This document shows, one piece after another, positions 12,350 to 25,125 of a DNA stretch of 64,000 bases; position 1 is the stretch's first letter, and each line of letters begins with the position of its first letter. Under the pieces are notes generated by a model. It had not been told where the DNA came from and ran no database searches. It saw nothing but the letters and a program-made list of their open reading frames with translations. A program made the translations under genes and the position numbers. Source of the DNA: Fimicolochytrium jonesii (Eukaryota); assembly GCF_025526975.1 (NCBI RefSeq), contig NW_026515692.1:248001-312000 (forward strand), written 5' to 3'.

Positions 12350-13700
12350 AACGCTCAAAAATGCTTGAGTTTCCTGAAAACGTCAAGACGAACCACCATC
12401 TTAGCCTCCCCTATATCCGATCTTAGAGCGTATGCATTACCGTTGCTGTGCAGCTGAAGTAAGTACATGGACAGAAATTGAAGTGCAAGTGGAAGACCGA
12501 ACTTGAAACGCACGAAACGGTGGAGCAGATCCCTCGCTCGCAGGACACAAAGCACATTGCCCCATATTTTTCAGACTGATTGAGGCGCGCTTCTTGACTT
12601 GTCTGAGAACAATCCACTGCTTCCACTCCTTGAGCCTCCACGTTGATGGGCCTTCTTGATTGCATACAGAGCTCCGGTAAATCGGCACTTTATATGTGCC
12701 GGGGGCGTATCTATGAGTGGCCGTCATTTATCCAAACGGCGATGTCTGTCTCCTGGTACAACGCCGATCGATCGATAGGTGATATCCATTGCTCGCTTGT
12801 TGGCAGTTTCAGAACATCGACAGAAGATCTGTTCAGCAAACTCGGACGGCTGGCGCAACTCCGGTCCAAACATCCTTTTGGCAAGGCTTGCGACACCAAT
12901 AAGTTTGTCGCACGGGGGTCTCCCCCATCTGTTCCTGCATGGCCGCCGAATCCAGCCTGTGTGACAAGACGCCAACGTTGCGATGGCATTCCCGGTTAGA
13001 CAAGTCAGGAGGAGCGAGGCGTGGAGTCCGCTGTGCTTTGACATAGCGATACCGCCGATGCAGTGCCGCAGCTATTCGGCGTGTCAAGCCCTAATGGAGG
13101 TCGGTGCGGATGGTGCTGTGCAATGGCTAATAGTAAATCGCTTTTGGAAAATTGATAATCATGATCGACGTAATAGTTATCGAATGTTTTTCGGACAAAA
13201 AGGGTGTGTTTCCGGGGGGGGAGGCCCTTGCAGTTCTTGAAGGGGTCGACGATGAGAGCTTTTAAGGGAGTCAACGACGAGAGGCCTGATGGGCTCAATG
13301 ATGGTTTCTGCGGCCTCGTCGGCCTCGCAAGGATTGAGCGCCCTCAAGTTTCTTCATACCCGCCTCCCTGCCTGTCCTGCAGTCGATGCCCTTCAGGTGC
13401 ATGGGTTGCGCGGCGCGGCGTGCGGCGGGCTTCATCCTCGTCATGCCCCTCCTCGTCTTCACCCTCGTCATACGTATCCTGGTGGTATGACGCAATGCCA
13501 CATCTTCCTCGAACGCATCGGAGACAACCGAATCGCCCATTGTCATGTCCATCTTGATCCTGTCTTCACGAACTTGCGTTTCTCCAAGAGCTTCAGATCT
13601 TTCGTTGGCGATCGGGCTTGCACCGTGGTTGGCGGGAATGGCGGTCTAACCTCACAGACGCCTCGTGCTCGACTTGTGATGCGCACGGTCCCCCCAATCA
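12350..13700 (-). pseudogene. Decayed coding relic with acidic patch, family not recognised
   Basis: Consecutive protein-like pieces in shifting frames: MDMTMGDSVVSDAFEED, YDEGEDEEGHDEDE, LKALIVDPFKNCKG...FDNYYVDHDY, WRLKEWKQWIV. Confidence 0.3.
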
Positions 13701-15043
13701 TAGCAGACGATGCGACAGCAGATCCGTAACGGTGCGATTTGACGAGCCGGCCGGGACGGGCTCATAGGTGCCGTCGTGGTTGGGAACCCCGGGGGTCACA
13801 TCGGTCTCAATGTCCTGTGTTCGCCCGTTCCGTTGCGGCGGACATTCCTGAGATAAAACGTCCCCACATCGAGGCCCTGGCCGCGGGTTTTATAGGTGTC
13901 GCTCCGCACCTATCCATCGATCCAACCCGACCGTATTCACCATCCCTTCCAGACATGATCGACGTAAGAACTTCATGGAGCGTCACCCCTCCCGCTCCCA
14001 CCACCCCTCTCGGACAAACACACGACCCTCTGCTAGCCCCTGTCCGCCTCCGTTCCCTGTCTAGCATAGCGCCCCTCTTCCGCCATGTGAGATATTGACT
14101 ATGGGTCCCACACTAGCAGCAAAACACCTGGAGGACCTGAGGTAGGGGTCCAGCCATGCGTTCGATTTCCACCGCCCTTTCGCTTCCGTCTTCGGCTGTC
14201 ATGTCGGGCGTGTGGTGTGATGGCGTGATTGCTTCAATGATCCCCGGGGTGTATGTACTGTATACACACATAATACACATCCCAGCTTCCCTCCCAGATC
14301 CACCCCTCCTCCCCCACATTCTCCGATCCCGAACCCCGACCGACCCCTTCGACCGTGTTTCTGCGAGGGCCCCCCGCAGAAGGTTCTCAGCAGAAACGTT
14401 TCGTGGCCGATCGGCTCCACCACCCACAAGCCCCCCCGACGGGTGTTGCGTAGGGCGGAGAACGGACAACCCCCGCCCGGAGGATGTGAAACTCAACGCC
14501 CACAACGCCATCGAGGGCCGATGGCGCGATTCCCCAGAGAGCATAACTTCGATGGGTCATCGATTACTTGGAATACTATTCGCAGCAAACAATCTTGATC
14601 CGACGACCTTCACGGGGCTGGGCGGGGCTGGGAGGATTCATGGCCGACGCTTTCCGGGCACCGTGCCGATGACGCTTTTCGTGGAGCTTTGACGTGCCGC
14701 TGGGGTTTTTTTTGGGTAGCAGATCGGTTCCGCGGTTGTGGAGAAAGGAGGTGGAGATCAGGTGGAGCGACCTCTCAACCAATTTTACCCCTCACCCAAC
14801 TATATTTCCGTCATGGGTGGATACGACAAAAGAACGAACGAGGGGTGTTTTTACGTATCTACAGAAATGATGTCGGGCGCAAATGGAGCCCGTAAAATGA
14901 TGTGCGCGTGGGTGGGATAGCTCATGGGTATATCGATATCGATGATCCAGGAGGACAGATCCCTTTCCCTTTTGCGCTTCTCCCGTGCATGGCCGCTTTT
15001 CCGCCCCTCCTCTCATCTGGGCGCATAACCGAACAATACCCCA

Positions 15044-17546
15044 CTAATCCAAATCCAAATCTCCTTCCCCTCCCCTATCTTCCCTTGCACCCCCTCCTTC
15101 CCGGGCAGTAGTAGGAGGCGGCTGCGCGACATACCGACCCGTCTGCGTCTGCGTCTGTGTCGTTGTATTCCCACCACTCCCTGTGCTATTCGTTGTTCGT
15201 TGTTGTGGCGACTGCTGCTGTGTTGTATTCGACGCGTTGTTGTTGGTGGTAGAAGTTGTTGTAGGTGTAGAAGCGTTATCGGCAGGGTTAACCAACGAGT
15301 ACCGACACACAGGACACGTTCCTAGAAATATCACAATCAGATACACACACACAAACGAAACAAAATATATGATTTCTCCCGTACCATTAACACCCAACCA
15401 ACTCCCCACACACCCCTCATGAAACACATGCTTGCAAGGTAACCGCACTGCCTCGTCGCCTACGTTGAAGTCGTCTTGGCAGATGGGGCAGTCGCGGGTA
15501 TATACCTTATCCGTATTCTCACTGTTCGCGTTATAGGAATTTGATGTGGATGTCGGATTGGCACCGAGATCTTTCTCCGTGATGGTTATCTTGGGTAGGG
15601 AGGCGATGGTGGATGGTGCGGCGGGGGGTGGGGCGTTGCGTTGTTGCGTTTGTTCCATTACTATCACCGGGAAAACCATATATCAGCGATATGCGAGGGC
15701 ATGACCAACCGATGATGTGACATTTTTTACGTACACTGAGAAACGATATCATCCAACCCGCGCTGTCCAAACACGTAATCGCCCGGGTTGCCGACCATGT
15801 TGAAGAGTTCTCGGAAGGGGTTCGGTAGTTGTTGTTGGCCTGCGGTTGTTCCGGTGCCGGGATTCATGGTGGGGCCGAGGAAGCCTTCTAGGAACCTTTT
15901 TGCGGGACGGGTGAGATCGAATTATGCGGGACAGCGCAAGAAGATAAGGGTGATACTTACGCAGCAAGATCCAAAACCGGCCGTCCACTTGGCGGCATCG
16001 CCGGGATGAACGGGAACCCCTGCGTCTGTCCCCCCACACCCGCACCCGCACCCTCACGTTCACTCTCCCTCCTTCTCCTCACCCTCTCCCCAAACGCCAC
16101 ATCAGGCCCTTCAGCAGCCGCAGCGTTGGCGCCGGGAGTTTCGCCGGGTGCTTCTGCTGCTGGGGCGTGGCCTGTTGTTGATGGTTGTGCTGTTGTTGTT
16201 GTAGACCGGGGGATGGATCCGGACCCGGGGAATGGTGGGTGGATCTCTTGAATATCATCGTGGGCATATCGCTCGCCTTGGGCGTTGACGCCCGCGCCTT
16301 CGCCTACCATCTGCTGGAGCCAGGTCTGTAGGAGTCGCGCGACGTCGTTAGGGGGCGTGTTGGGGGTTGCGGGGCGCGGGCCTGGGTTCGCGGTCGTAGG
16401 ATTCGAAGTCGTGGTGCCAGTCATAGTCACAGAGGGCGCAAATGGGAATATCGGTCCCGTTGGCGCCGGCTGCCCTGCTGCTGTATTCGTTGTGGTATTC
16501 GTCGTTGTATTCCTCGCTGTGCTGGTACTCCGAGTAGTAGTCGTAGATCTAGATGTCGTAGTAGTAGTGGTAGCAGTAAACGGCTGAAACGCCCGCCGCC
16601 CATCGAGCGCGCCGGTCCGGAATGTTTCTTCAATGGTCATGCCGGGGTAGATAAAGGACATCATGGATAGGTCGGGATTGTAAGGTGCGCCTGGCTGGAG
16701 GCCGGTGGTGTAGTGGAATACGTGTGGCTGTCCGGCGTGTTCGTGTGAATGGTCGTGCTCGTGTGTGTGCTCGTGTTCGTCGGCGAAGCCACGAGGGTCG
16801 TTGTCTTCGTCTATCTGAGGGGGGAGGGAAGATTGCATGTCAATGCAGTAGTCAATCAACTGACAATGGAGGAAGGAGATTCTGCGTACCTCCTCAACGA
16901 ACTCCCCATGACAAATAGGACACGTCGGTGTCCCTGAATCCATCATCGGTCTAACCTCAATCTGACACAGGTGCTAAGGATTGAAGCAGGAATGGATGAG
17001 TGATGCGAAGGTTGGTCGGATGGACTGGGCTGGATGATACCCTGGTCGCTCCGCACGCGACAAGGATGTTGAGCTGCGTGGTCTCAGCCCTGTTCGTTCG
17101 CAAAACATCCAACCCTCGCCAAAGGCTTTCGCTCCGGTGGCCCAACCTCAAGCGTTCTTGGGCATTCATGTTTTGCTCGCACCGTTCCATCTTTTCACCA
17201 TCACATCACCCTCCCAAACTCACCCCTCCCCCTCAAAAATACTCACACACCAAAACGCGCCTTCCCTCCCTTCCCCATCATCCTCCTCCCACCCCTCATC
17301 CCCATCCCCATCTCCCTCCGGTTCAGATTCAGGCCGAGAGCCATCAGGTCGTGTATTAATCGGTGGTCCTGTCGTGGGAGCTGGTGATTGGGCTCGTGGC
17401 GGTGAGTAAGCGGGGAGGTTATCGTCTGTTGGTGTTTGTGGCGGGGCGGGTGTGAAAGTGGAGGAGGAGGAGGAAGAGGCGACGGCGGCGCGGGGCGGAC
17501 GGGGGGAGTTGTTGTTTGGGGAGGGGTGTTTTGGTGGGGATGACAT
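15044..17546 (-). CDS. RING-H2 E3 ubiquitin ligase, RNF115/RNF126-like, with N-terminal zinc ribbon; multi-exon
   Basis: Spliced FWC|HLC...CPICHGEFVEE zinc ribbon and C-terminal CPICQDDF...LPCKHVFHEGCVGSWL..NG|TCPVCR. First intron is 16974-17246. Confidence 0.9.
17036..17157 (-). other. Conserved structured intronic element, copy 1 (RING gene intron 1)
   Basis: Sense strand reads GAACGCTTGAGG ... CCACG ... GTCGCGTGCGGAGCGAC CAGGGTATC. The motifs are shared with copies at 26733-26913 and 41019-41299. Confidence 0.6.
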
Positions 17547-20141
17547 AGTGGTTGCTGGTGGGTTGTGACGCAGATTGGAGGTGAAGATGAGTGTTAATCT
17601 GGCGGGGGGATGAGGACGTTTTTCCCACGCCGTCTTTCTCCAGGGATGATGTGGAAGCGATTGCGCTCGTCGCACTCATCGATGACTTCTGTAGTTAGGG
17701 TTAGCACATATTAATCCCTCTCTGCTCACGCGCAGTCACGTGAGCGTCTTATTCCCTCTCCTTCTTTTTCTCATCGGGCAATTACGGAACTCATGCAGCT
17801 GAGGCTCACTGAGACACCCTCACTGAGACACGCTCACGTTCGCTTCACGCTCCAAGAAATCACGCTCCAACTCATCCCCGCAGGGCAAAGAAAAAATGTC
17901 ACATTGGCATAGGAGAAAGCGCCCTGGACGGGGCGGAATACCCTGTGACCTTCCCCACTCATCAACCACGCTGTCATGCATCTGCAGGACAGAAAGGGGA
18001 GGGGAAGGGGAAGGAGAGGAGGGCGCATGGTGGGTTTCCAACAAAAAAACGTCGATCGGCGGTCATCCACCACCTCGCTTGGCAGTTTTGCATAATTATA
18101 CGATCCCGCCGGTGCGGCGGTGTTGTGGGAAATGAATTTCAAAGCTCACGAGACATGCCGGTATCCTTGCATGTCCGCGCAGCTCCCCTCTCCCGCCCAT
18201 ACCCTCCTACCCCGCCCAAAAGGTGTCAGTTTTTTCAAGAGGGTGTGATGGACGCCCCAGTCGTCACGAGAGCTGATTTTTGACGACACGTCCAGAACCC
18301 ATCGTCGACGGCGGTCAGGTTGAGCTTTCAAGGGCGAAAGGAGGACCAATGCGACGAACCCCGCGGGCTCTAACCGTTTTGGAATTTTTGCTTTGGCCAT
18401 GAAGACTACGTAGACGTAATAAACCCTCATCAGGTCAGGCAGGGCTCGGCATTCTTTGCGACTTCCACGATGGCTTTGCACATGCTCATCAGGCAGGCCG
18501 CCATGGAAAGGGAAGCTGCGTGCCCCTCCAGGCGAGTCCAGATCCATGTCCGAATGAAGGAGAGTCGACTGCACACCACCCGACCTCACCCGAGAAGTAT
18601 AAGGGGAAAGTAACGCGTGGCAGTCATCATTTGTGGTCACGCCTCGTGCGTCGTGACATCCTCGCCCGCTCTTCTCACAAAATGGCTTGCGCATTTCTGC
18701 GTTGTCGTCGTAATGTAATTTGCTATAGTAGTAGTAGATAGTAGATCCATGCTTGCTTTCGGTAATAATGAATTGGTCTGAAGGGGGCGATCGAGTTCTC
18801 TTGAGAGAGGCTGTCCGTCTGCCTTCGGACCAGATCGGAAGCGAGGGCAAGGTCAGGCACGCGCTCGCGTGAGTGCTGCAATCTCACGTCTTTCGGGCGG
18901 TGTGGGCCTCTCCTTCCTGGAAACTGCCTGACTGCGCGTACGGACGGCTCATATTATACGCCATTTACGCATGTGGTTGGAGGGCAAGGGCATGTCATTC
19001 CCCCTCCTTTTCCCTGTTGGTCTCCGTCGTATCGTAAAGGGGTGTGTGTGAAGGGTTGTGGGAAAAAAAAGTATATAAGCCCAAGACCACGTTCCTCGCG
19101 CCCGTTTCCGGATTCTTTTCTCTCCTTTCTCGCCTTTTGCCTTGAGGTTTCTGGAGAGTGCGGACGTTAGTTGGGTATTCGTTCAGGACATCCCACAGAC
19201 CTCTCCAAACCCCTTCTCCCCAAGGGTTCCCAAGGGTCTCCACAACAACACGCGAGCGAATATCGCCACGACAACAAAACTGAGGCGTGCAAAAACAACT
19301 GGCCCCGCATATCCATCAACCCATACATACCACGGTCGTCGTCGTCGTTCGCTTGTCGTTCTTCTCAACCGAAGTTACCGAAGCGAAGTGCGTTGCGCAT
19401 AACACGCCCTATTTCAGCCCGTCGCTGCCCCCCCCACCCACACACACGTTTGTCACGCGTTTCCTGTCCAGGCGTTGTGCTCCGAATCGTCCCGGCGTGG
19501 TGTTTTACACCACACAGCGCATATTCCCACGACGACGACGACGACGAGCGAACGGGCGCACACACAGACTTACTGCCCTTTGACGAGAGAGTGAGCGACC
19601 GAAGGGCAGCGAGGAAGACCCACCTGGGCTGAACAGATAATACATCGACGGAACCCGGCGACACACACGGCCGTTTACAGAAACAAACAACATCGAAAAC
19701 CACAGCACCATTTCCAACAAACAGTCGTTCGAGAATATCGCAGCGGGCGAACGAAAACACAGTTATAAAAAAACCACAGCGCGTCAAGCGTCAACGGCAC
19801 CGGTCCTTAAATGCACCCCCACACGCATACACCGACGCCATACGCTTTACGCTTCCCCACGCGGAGTTTGATACAGAGATAGGAAGAGAGACGCGACGAG
19901 AGAGACGGGAAGACAAAAAAAACGATAGCGAGCCATTGGAGGGTGTAAGAAACTGCAGGAGGGATGGACGACTTGACTGTTCAGCGGTATCGGGTATGTA
20001 AAAACATGTGAGAAAAGGGGGAGATGAAGCGGAAGTGATAGAGGAGAGAGTGGTTTGGAGAAGCCAAGCCGGGGTTCCGAGAGGATGAAAGGGGGAAGTA
20101 TCGGAACGCATAGGGGATGCGGGGATTCCGGTCAGGAATAG

Positions 20142-23100
20142 ATGTACCCAATATGTGCGCGGCGGCGGCCATTCCAGCAGGCACAGGATTCCGGGGACGC
20201 GTTACATCAGCAGCAAGGCGATTTTCACGTTTCTCACCGCTGCATCCGTCTCATAGAATATCACAAACCCTAACCCTAACCGCCCGCCTCTCTCCCTCTC
20301 CCCTCCCAACAGACACTGAAACAAACCCTCCTCCCCCGCCTCAAAGTCCCCGAACTCAAAACGGTCCTGCAACACCTCTCCCTCCCAAAAACGGGCCTCA
20401 AAGCGGAACTCGTCGATCGGATCGAAAGACTGCTGGACGACGTCGTACTGGGTGTCGGGGGTGTGAATGCGGGCGTGGGTGTCGGGCCAGGAAGACGGAG
20501 AGAGGTCGTTGAGGGTGTGTGGAAGGCTGTGAGGGGGGTTATGGGTGAGGCGGGGATTGTATCACAGCCACAGGTGCCGAAAATGGTGTCGCCGCGGATC
20601 AAGATCAATATCGGACGGCCGCCGCCGGCTGGGACGACGATGGGGGAGCTTATTGCGAGTGGGCGGGGGCCTGTGAAGAACGCCGGTGCCAGTGGTGCGG
20701 GAGGGGGAAACGGGACAGCTGGAGGGGGAAATGGGAATTTGGGAGCAGGCCCCGGCGGCCTAGGCGGGATTGGGCACTGGAAACTGTCACCCTTCTACGA
20801 GATCGTCGCCCCGTTGTGTCAAGCCAGGGTTTGTGATTGTACGTCCCAGATCTCCCCTCTATCTTATTCCATCTCCCGTCTCGCTTACCCTACTGTGATG
20901 CCTTTTTTTTTGGAAGGCCGGAACACGTCGACGACACATTCATTGACCTTCGACATCTCCCACCGCGCCTTCCCGAAGTTGATTGTGGATCCGTCGACGC
21001 AGTCTGGACAGGCGGGAGACGAGCATAGGGTTATGGTGTTTATCGCGCCTGAGAATTCGGGAGGTGCGGGAGGGACGGGCGTCGAATGGCCCGTACCCTG
21101 TGAGTTGTGGGTTATGGGTTCACGGGTCGAGGTTAAGGTAAGCTGAATCACTAATGTTCTTGTAAATTTTATCTTGAGCTGACGATGAACGGCATTTTTT
21201 GAAGAGGTTTACGGGTTTGAAAGGCAAACCATGGACAGGCCAACCCGCCGACATCACACCCCTCTGTAACCTCTCCCAGGGTCCCGGGAGGAGGAAGTTG
21301 GAGTTGAGGGTGGGGGTTTTGCCCAAGACGCAGAAAGTGCCTCCCATGCTCGATCAGGCAGGCGTGATACCGCAGCAGCAACAGAGAGACCACCCGACCC
21401 GATATATATTGACGGTGTTGTTGGTTAAACGTGTACCTGTGGGCAGGGTCGTGGAGGGTGTGAAGGAGAGGAGGATGAGTAGGGATGGCATGCGTAAGTC
21501 CAAAATCATAAGTTCTTTCTTTCATCTCACGTTCGCTCACACCGTTTTTCCACAGGCCCAGCACACGCCCAACACCCGCACGGTCAACAGAACACCGATG
21601 CAGAAGACGACGACATAATAACCCTAACAACAACCCACCGCATCTCCCTCCACGACCCGACCTCGATGCTACGGATCACGACGGCGGCCCGGTCGACGTT
21701 GTGCGAGCATGCGCAGTGTTTTGATCTGGAGACTTTCTTGGGGTTGATGGAGAGTTTGCCGACTTGGTGTTGTGTTGTTTGCAGGTGGGTTGTGAGGATT
21801 CAGGGGCATATTTCGGTGCGGGAGGGATCTCCGAGGTGGATCCGAACGACGTGAATGGCCGACATGTTGACATAACCCCCCTCTCTCTTTTATTTTATGA
21901 TTGCAGTAAATACCTTGGATCGGCGGAAACGTTACATGTAGACGAACACTTTCAATCCATCCTCGACAACACCTCACAGGATGTCGAAAGCGTCGATGTG
22001 CGGCTTGATGGATCTTGGGTCGTCGCTGGGGCCGGTGACCACCCATCTCCCGACGATCAACATCAGCATCACTCAACGACCCCTTCCGGCCGTGGAGAGT
22101 CCCGATCGGTGTCGGCTGTTGTTTCATTGGATTCCGATGACGAGGCGACACCGGCGACGGGAGTGGGAAGGAAGCGCACTGCTGATGAGGATGAGAGGAC
22201 GCCGCCGAGGCCAGCCAAACGAGCCAAACCGAGCACGCCGTCGAGGATCGAGGTGGTTGATCTCACTTTGAGTGATGACGAGGGTGACGTCAATTCCAAT
22301 CGGGCGAGTGGGAGTAGACCAGGGCAGGCAGCGAAACCGGAACTGATGAAAGGGGTGATGCACCCACATCAACAACAACAACTTGCGAATGCCGCGGCGA
22401 GGTATGGACATCCTGTGCATCCGCGGAGGGCCTCGCTCTCCTCCCAACAACAACAGCAACAACACCCGCATCATATCCTCAAATTCCGGCCACCGCCTCT
22501 GAGTACAATTGCTGCTGCCGGGAGGACGTTACCGCCCCCACAAGGATATGGGATGCCACAGCAGCAGCAGCGGCACACACCGCAGCAGTTGTATGTACAT
22601 CCCCACCAACATCTGCAAGGCCTGCACGCAACAGCATATCTACCCCCACAGGCGACCCAAGCAATGCAGGTTCGAGCTATAGCCGTGCCGAGGCGCGGAT
22701 CATCGCCGGGGTTGACGGGGGCTGTGCATCCACGGGGGGAACGGCAGAGGATTCAACAGCAGCAATTGCAGCAACTGCAATATCAGCAGCAGCGGCCAAC
22801 GGCCCCGACGGCAGGATATCCGTTGCCAGGAGGAGAGTCACTTGCGGCCGCGTTGGTGCCGCATCACCCGCAGCAGAGGCAGCATATACCCCCGCAGCAG
22901 CAGCAGCAGCAGCAGTACCCTCGTATGCCGACGCAATATCACCCGCAACAATCGCAGCCACAACAACAAACACAAACACAGGACGGAAATCAAAGACCGT
23001 TGCGTATTCAGATCATGCACCGCCCGCAACCAGGAGGAGGACAGCAGCCCAGCAGCGGCAGTGCAAGCGGCGGCGCGGGACACATTACCAGCACCAGCAA

Positions 23101-24460
23101 CACTCACAGCAATAGCAGTAACCCCCCCTCATCACGCCGCTCATCCCAACTACATACATCCTCGGCCTCGGCGCTGTCGAGTGCCGGGAGTAGTGTGTAC
23201 TCACCCTATGCGACGGCAGCGCAGGGGAGGAGGAGTTCAGGGGCGGTTGGGGGGTTGCCTCCCGCTCAGAGTCGTAGTTCGGCTACGACGACTCAACCAA
23301 ATTCGAACAGCCGTCCCCCCGCTGCCACGCCGGGAATGAGCAACAACCGCAGACGGTCTTCGGCGGGGAGTAACAATAGCAGCGTGAACACGAATACAGC
23401 GCAAGAGCAGCGAACGACACCACCGCAGGGTTTATCCACCGAGAGCTTGCAGACCCTCCACGCAATGATGCGCGTCAGCGGCGTCGTGAGCGACGAGCCT
23501 GAGGAAAAGATGGGGGTTGTGGAGCGACGGGCGAGGGAACGGGAGCGGTTGTTGAGGGATGAAGAGGGGCATGCGAATGCGTCTCGCGATACCCGGCCGA
23601 CGAGTGATGTGCACGAGTCCGATGGAAGACCTACCTCGTTGTCCATGTCACGATCTCCGCCCGTGGCTGCGTTACCGCCCGCGTCTATGCCGGTTGCGAC
23701 GACTGCGAGTCCGCAGTTTGCGAAACCGCCATATATACCCTATCGACCGACCGTGATCACAGCGGCTATGCCACCACCCGTACGACCAACCTCGGTAACA
23801 GTCTCCTCCCTCCTTGCGCCCTCACCGTCACCCCCGCCGCCGGTCCTGACATCTCCGACATCGTCTTCGTTTGCGTATCTCTTTGCGAAACCTGGGGCGG
23901 AGGAACGAAGGGATGGTAACGGTGGTGATACCCCCGGCAATGGGAACAGGATGAGGACTGAACAGCAACAGCGGTATACGGATCGGAGCACTGCGTCGTT
24001 TGGGAGGGTGGACGAGGGGGGTGGACATCGGAATGCGAACGGGAGTCATCCGACACAACAACGGTACCGCGACCCCACAACCGCCTCCTTCCCAACGGCA
24101 GCCGGTGCGAACACGAATCCCGCACCGAACCACGAACACCACCGCTACCGCCCCGCCTCCATCCCCCCCTCACGCGCAGACCCAACCCAACCCGGCTACC
24201 GCGACCCCCCAACAGCTCCCTTACCCATCCGTCTCACCAGCCTATCCGCGGACAACACGAACCCCATCTCACCCCTGTCACTCACCAGCCCGGCAGTGAG
24301 GAGACGCGTTACGCCGACGGAGCAGGCGGGTGTTGCTGTTGTTGCTACGTCTGCTGAAAACTCGCGGGTGGATGATGCAGACGAGAGAGAGGAGGGCGAG
24401 GAGAATGCCAAGCGACGATGGGTACTTTTGGAGGAGGAGAGCGGGGAGGGGGATGTATAA
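20142..24460 (+). CDS. SIZ1: SIZ/PIAS-family SUMO E3 ligase; multi-exon, start codon uncertain
   Basis: SAP domain LKVPELKTVLQHLSLPKTGLKAELVDRI (~20340-20440), PINIT-like PADIT, SP-RING CEHAQCFDLETFL..WCCVVC, SUMO-interacting motif IEVVDLTLSDDE, long Gln-rich tail. Confidence 0.88.
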
Positions 24461-25125
24461 GTATTTGATGTGTTAATGGTGTGGGTAGGGCAAGTGGGGA
24501 AAGATTGGAACGTTGGATGGGTATACCCTGGTAGTTTTCACTACCCCGTTTGGCGGATATGTATATTATGGGAGCGGATGTACAGTACATTTGCGTATGT
24601 GGTGCGTATGGAATGTGGATATGTACAGTATGCATTTTTTTGCGGAATAAATCTGGGTGGGAGGCAATTTGAATTCTTTTGGGTGTGACGGCACTTTCAA
24701 CGATCTGCGTTTTCTGGCGAGCAAACTCCACCCTCAGGTTCGGTGTCGAACTCCTCATATGTCGGGATGAAACCGAGCCTGGCGGGTTACGGTGCTCAAG
24801 CTGAAAAAGGTTGTCGCCTTCGTGCTCGCCGGGGGCTTTCGTCGTTCTCCTGCTTCCAAGACCAGGGGTATTGGCGCAGTGTCTAAATCTATTGCTGCAA
24901 AATACTGTACATGAACGCATACGCCTTTTCAGTCTACAGTGTCTGCCATATCATCCCAGAATCTGGATTAGATACCGCACTAGTATGTACGGCCTGGAGC
25001 GTTGTGATACCCGAAAGCCAGATAGGGGCCCTGGGTTCTTCTCATACTTGCCATCCAAGTATCTCATAATTGCGGGTGAGTCCGCCCGCCATCACCGGCG
25101 TCCGCTCTCTTCACTCCCACCCTGC

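Noticed and set aside
13130..13200. FDNYY as a piggyBac transposase motif
   Set aside because: No other DDD-transposase motifs or TTAA-flanked TIRs were found.
18146..18850. 234-aa minus-strand ORF
   Set aside because: Possibly a decayed relic, but there is no identifiable family or consistent gene structure.
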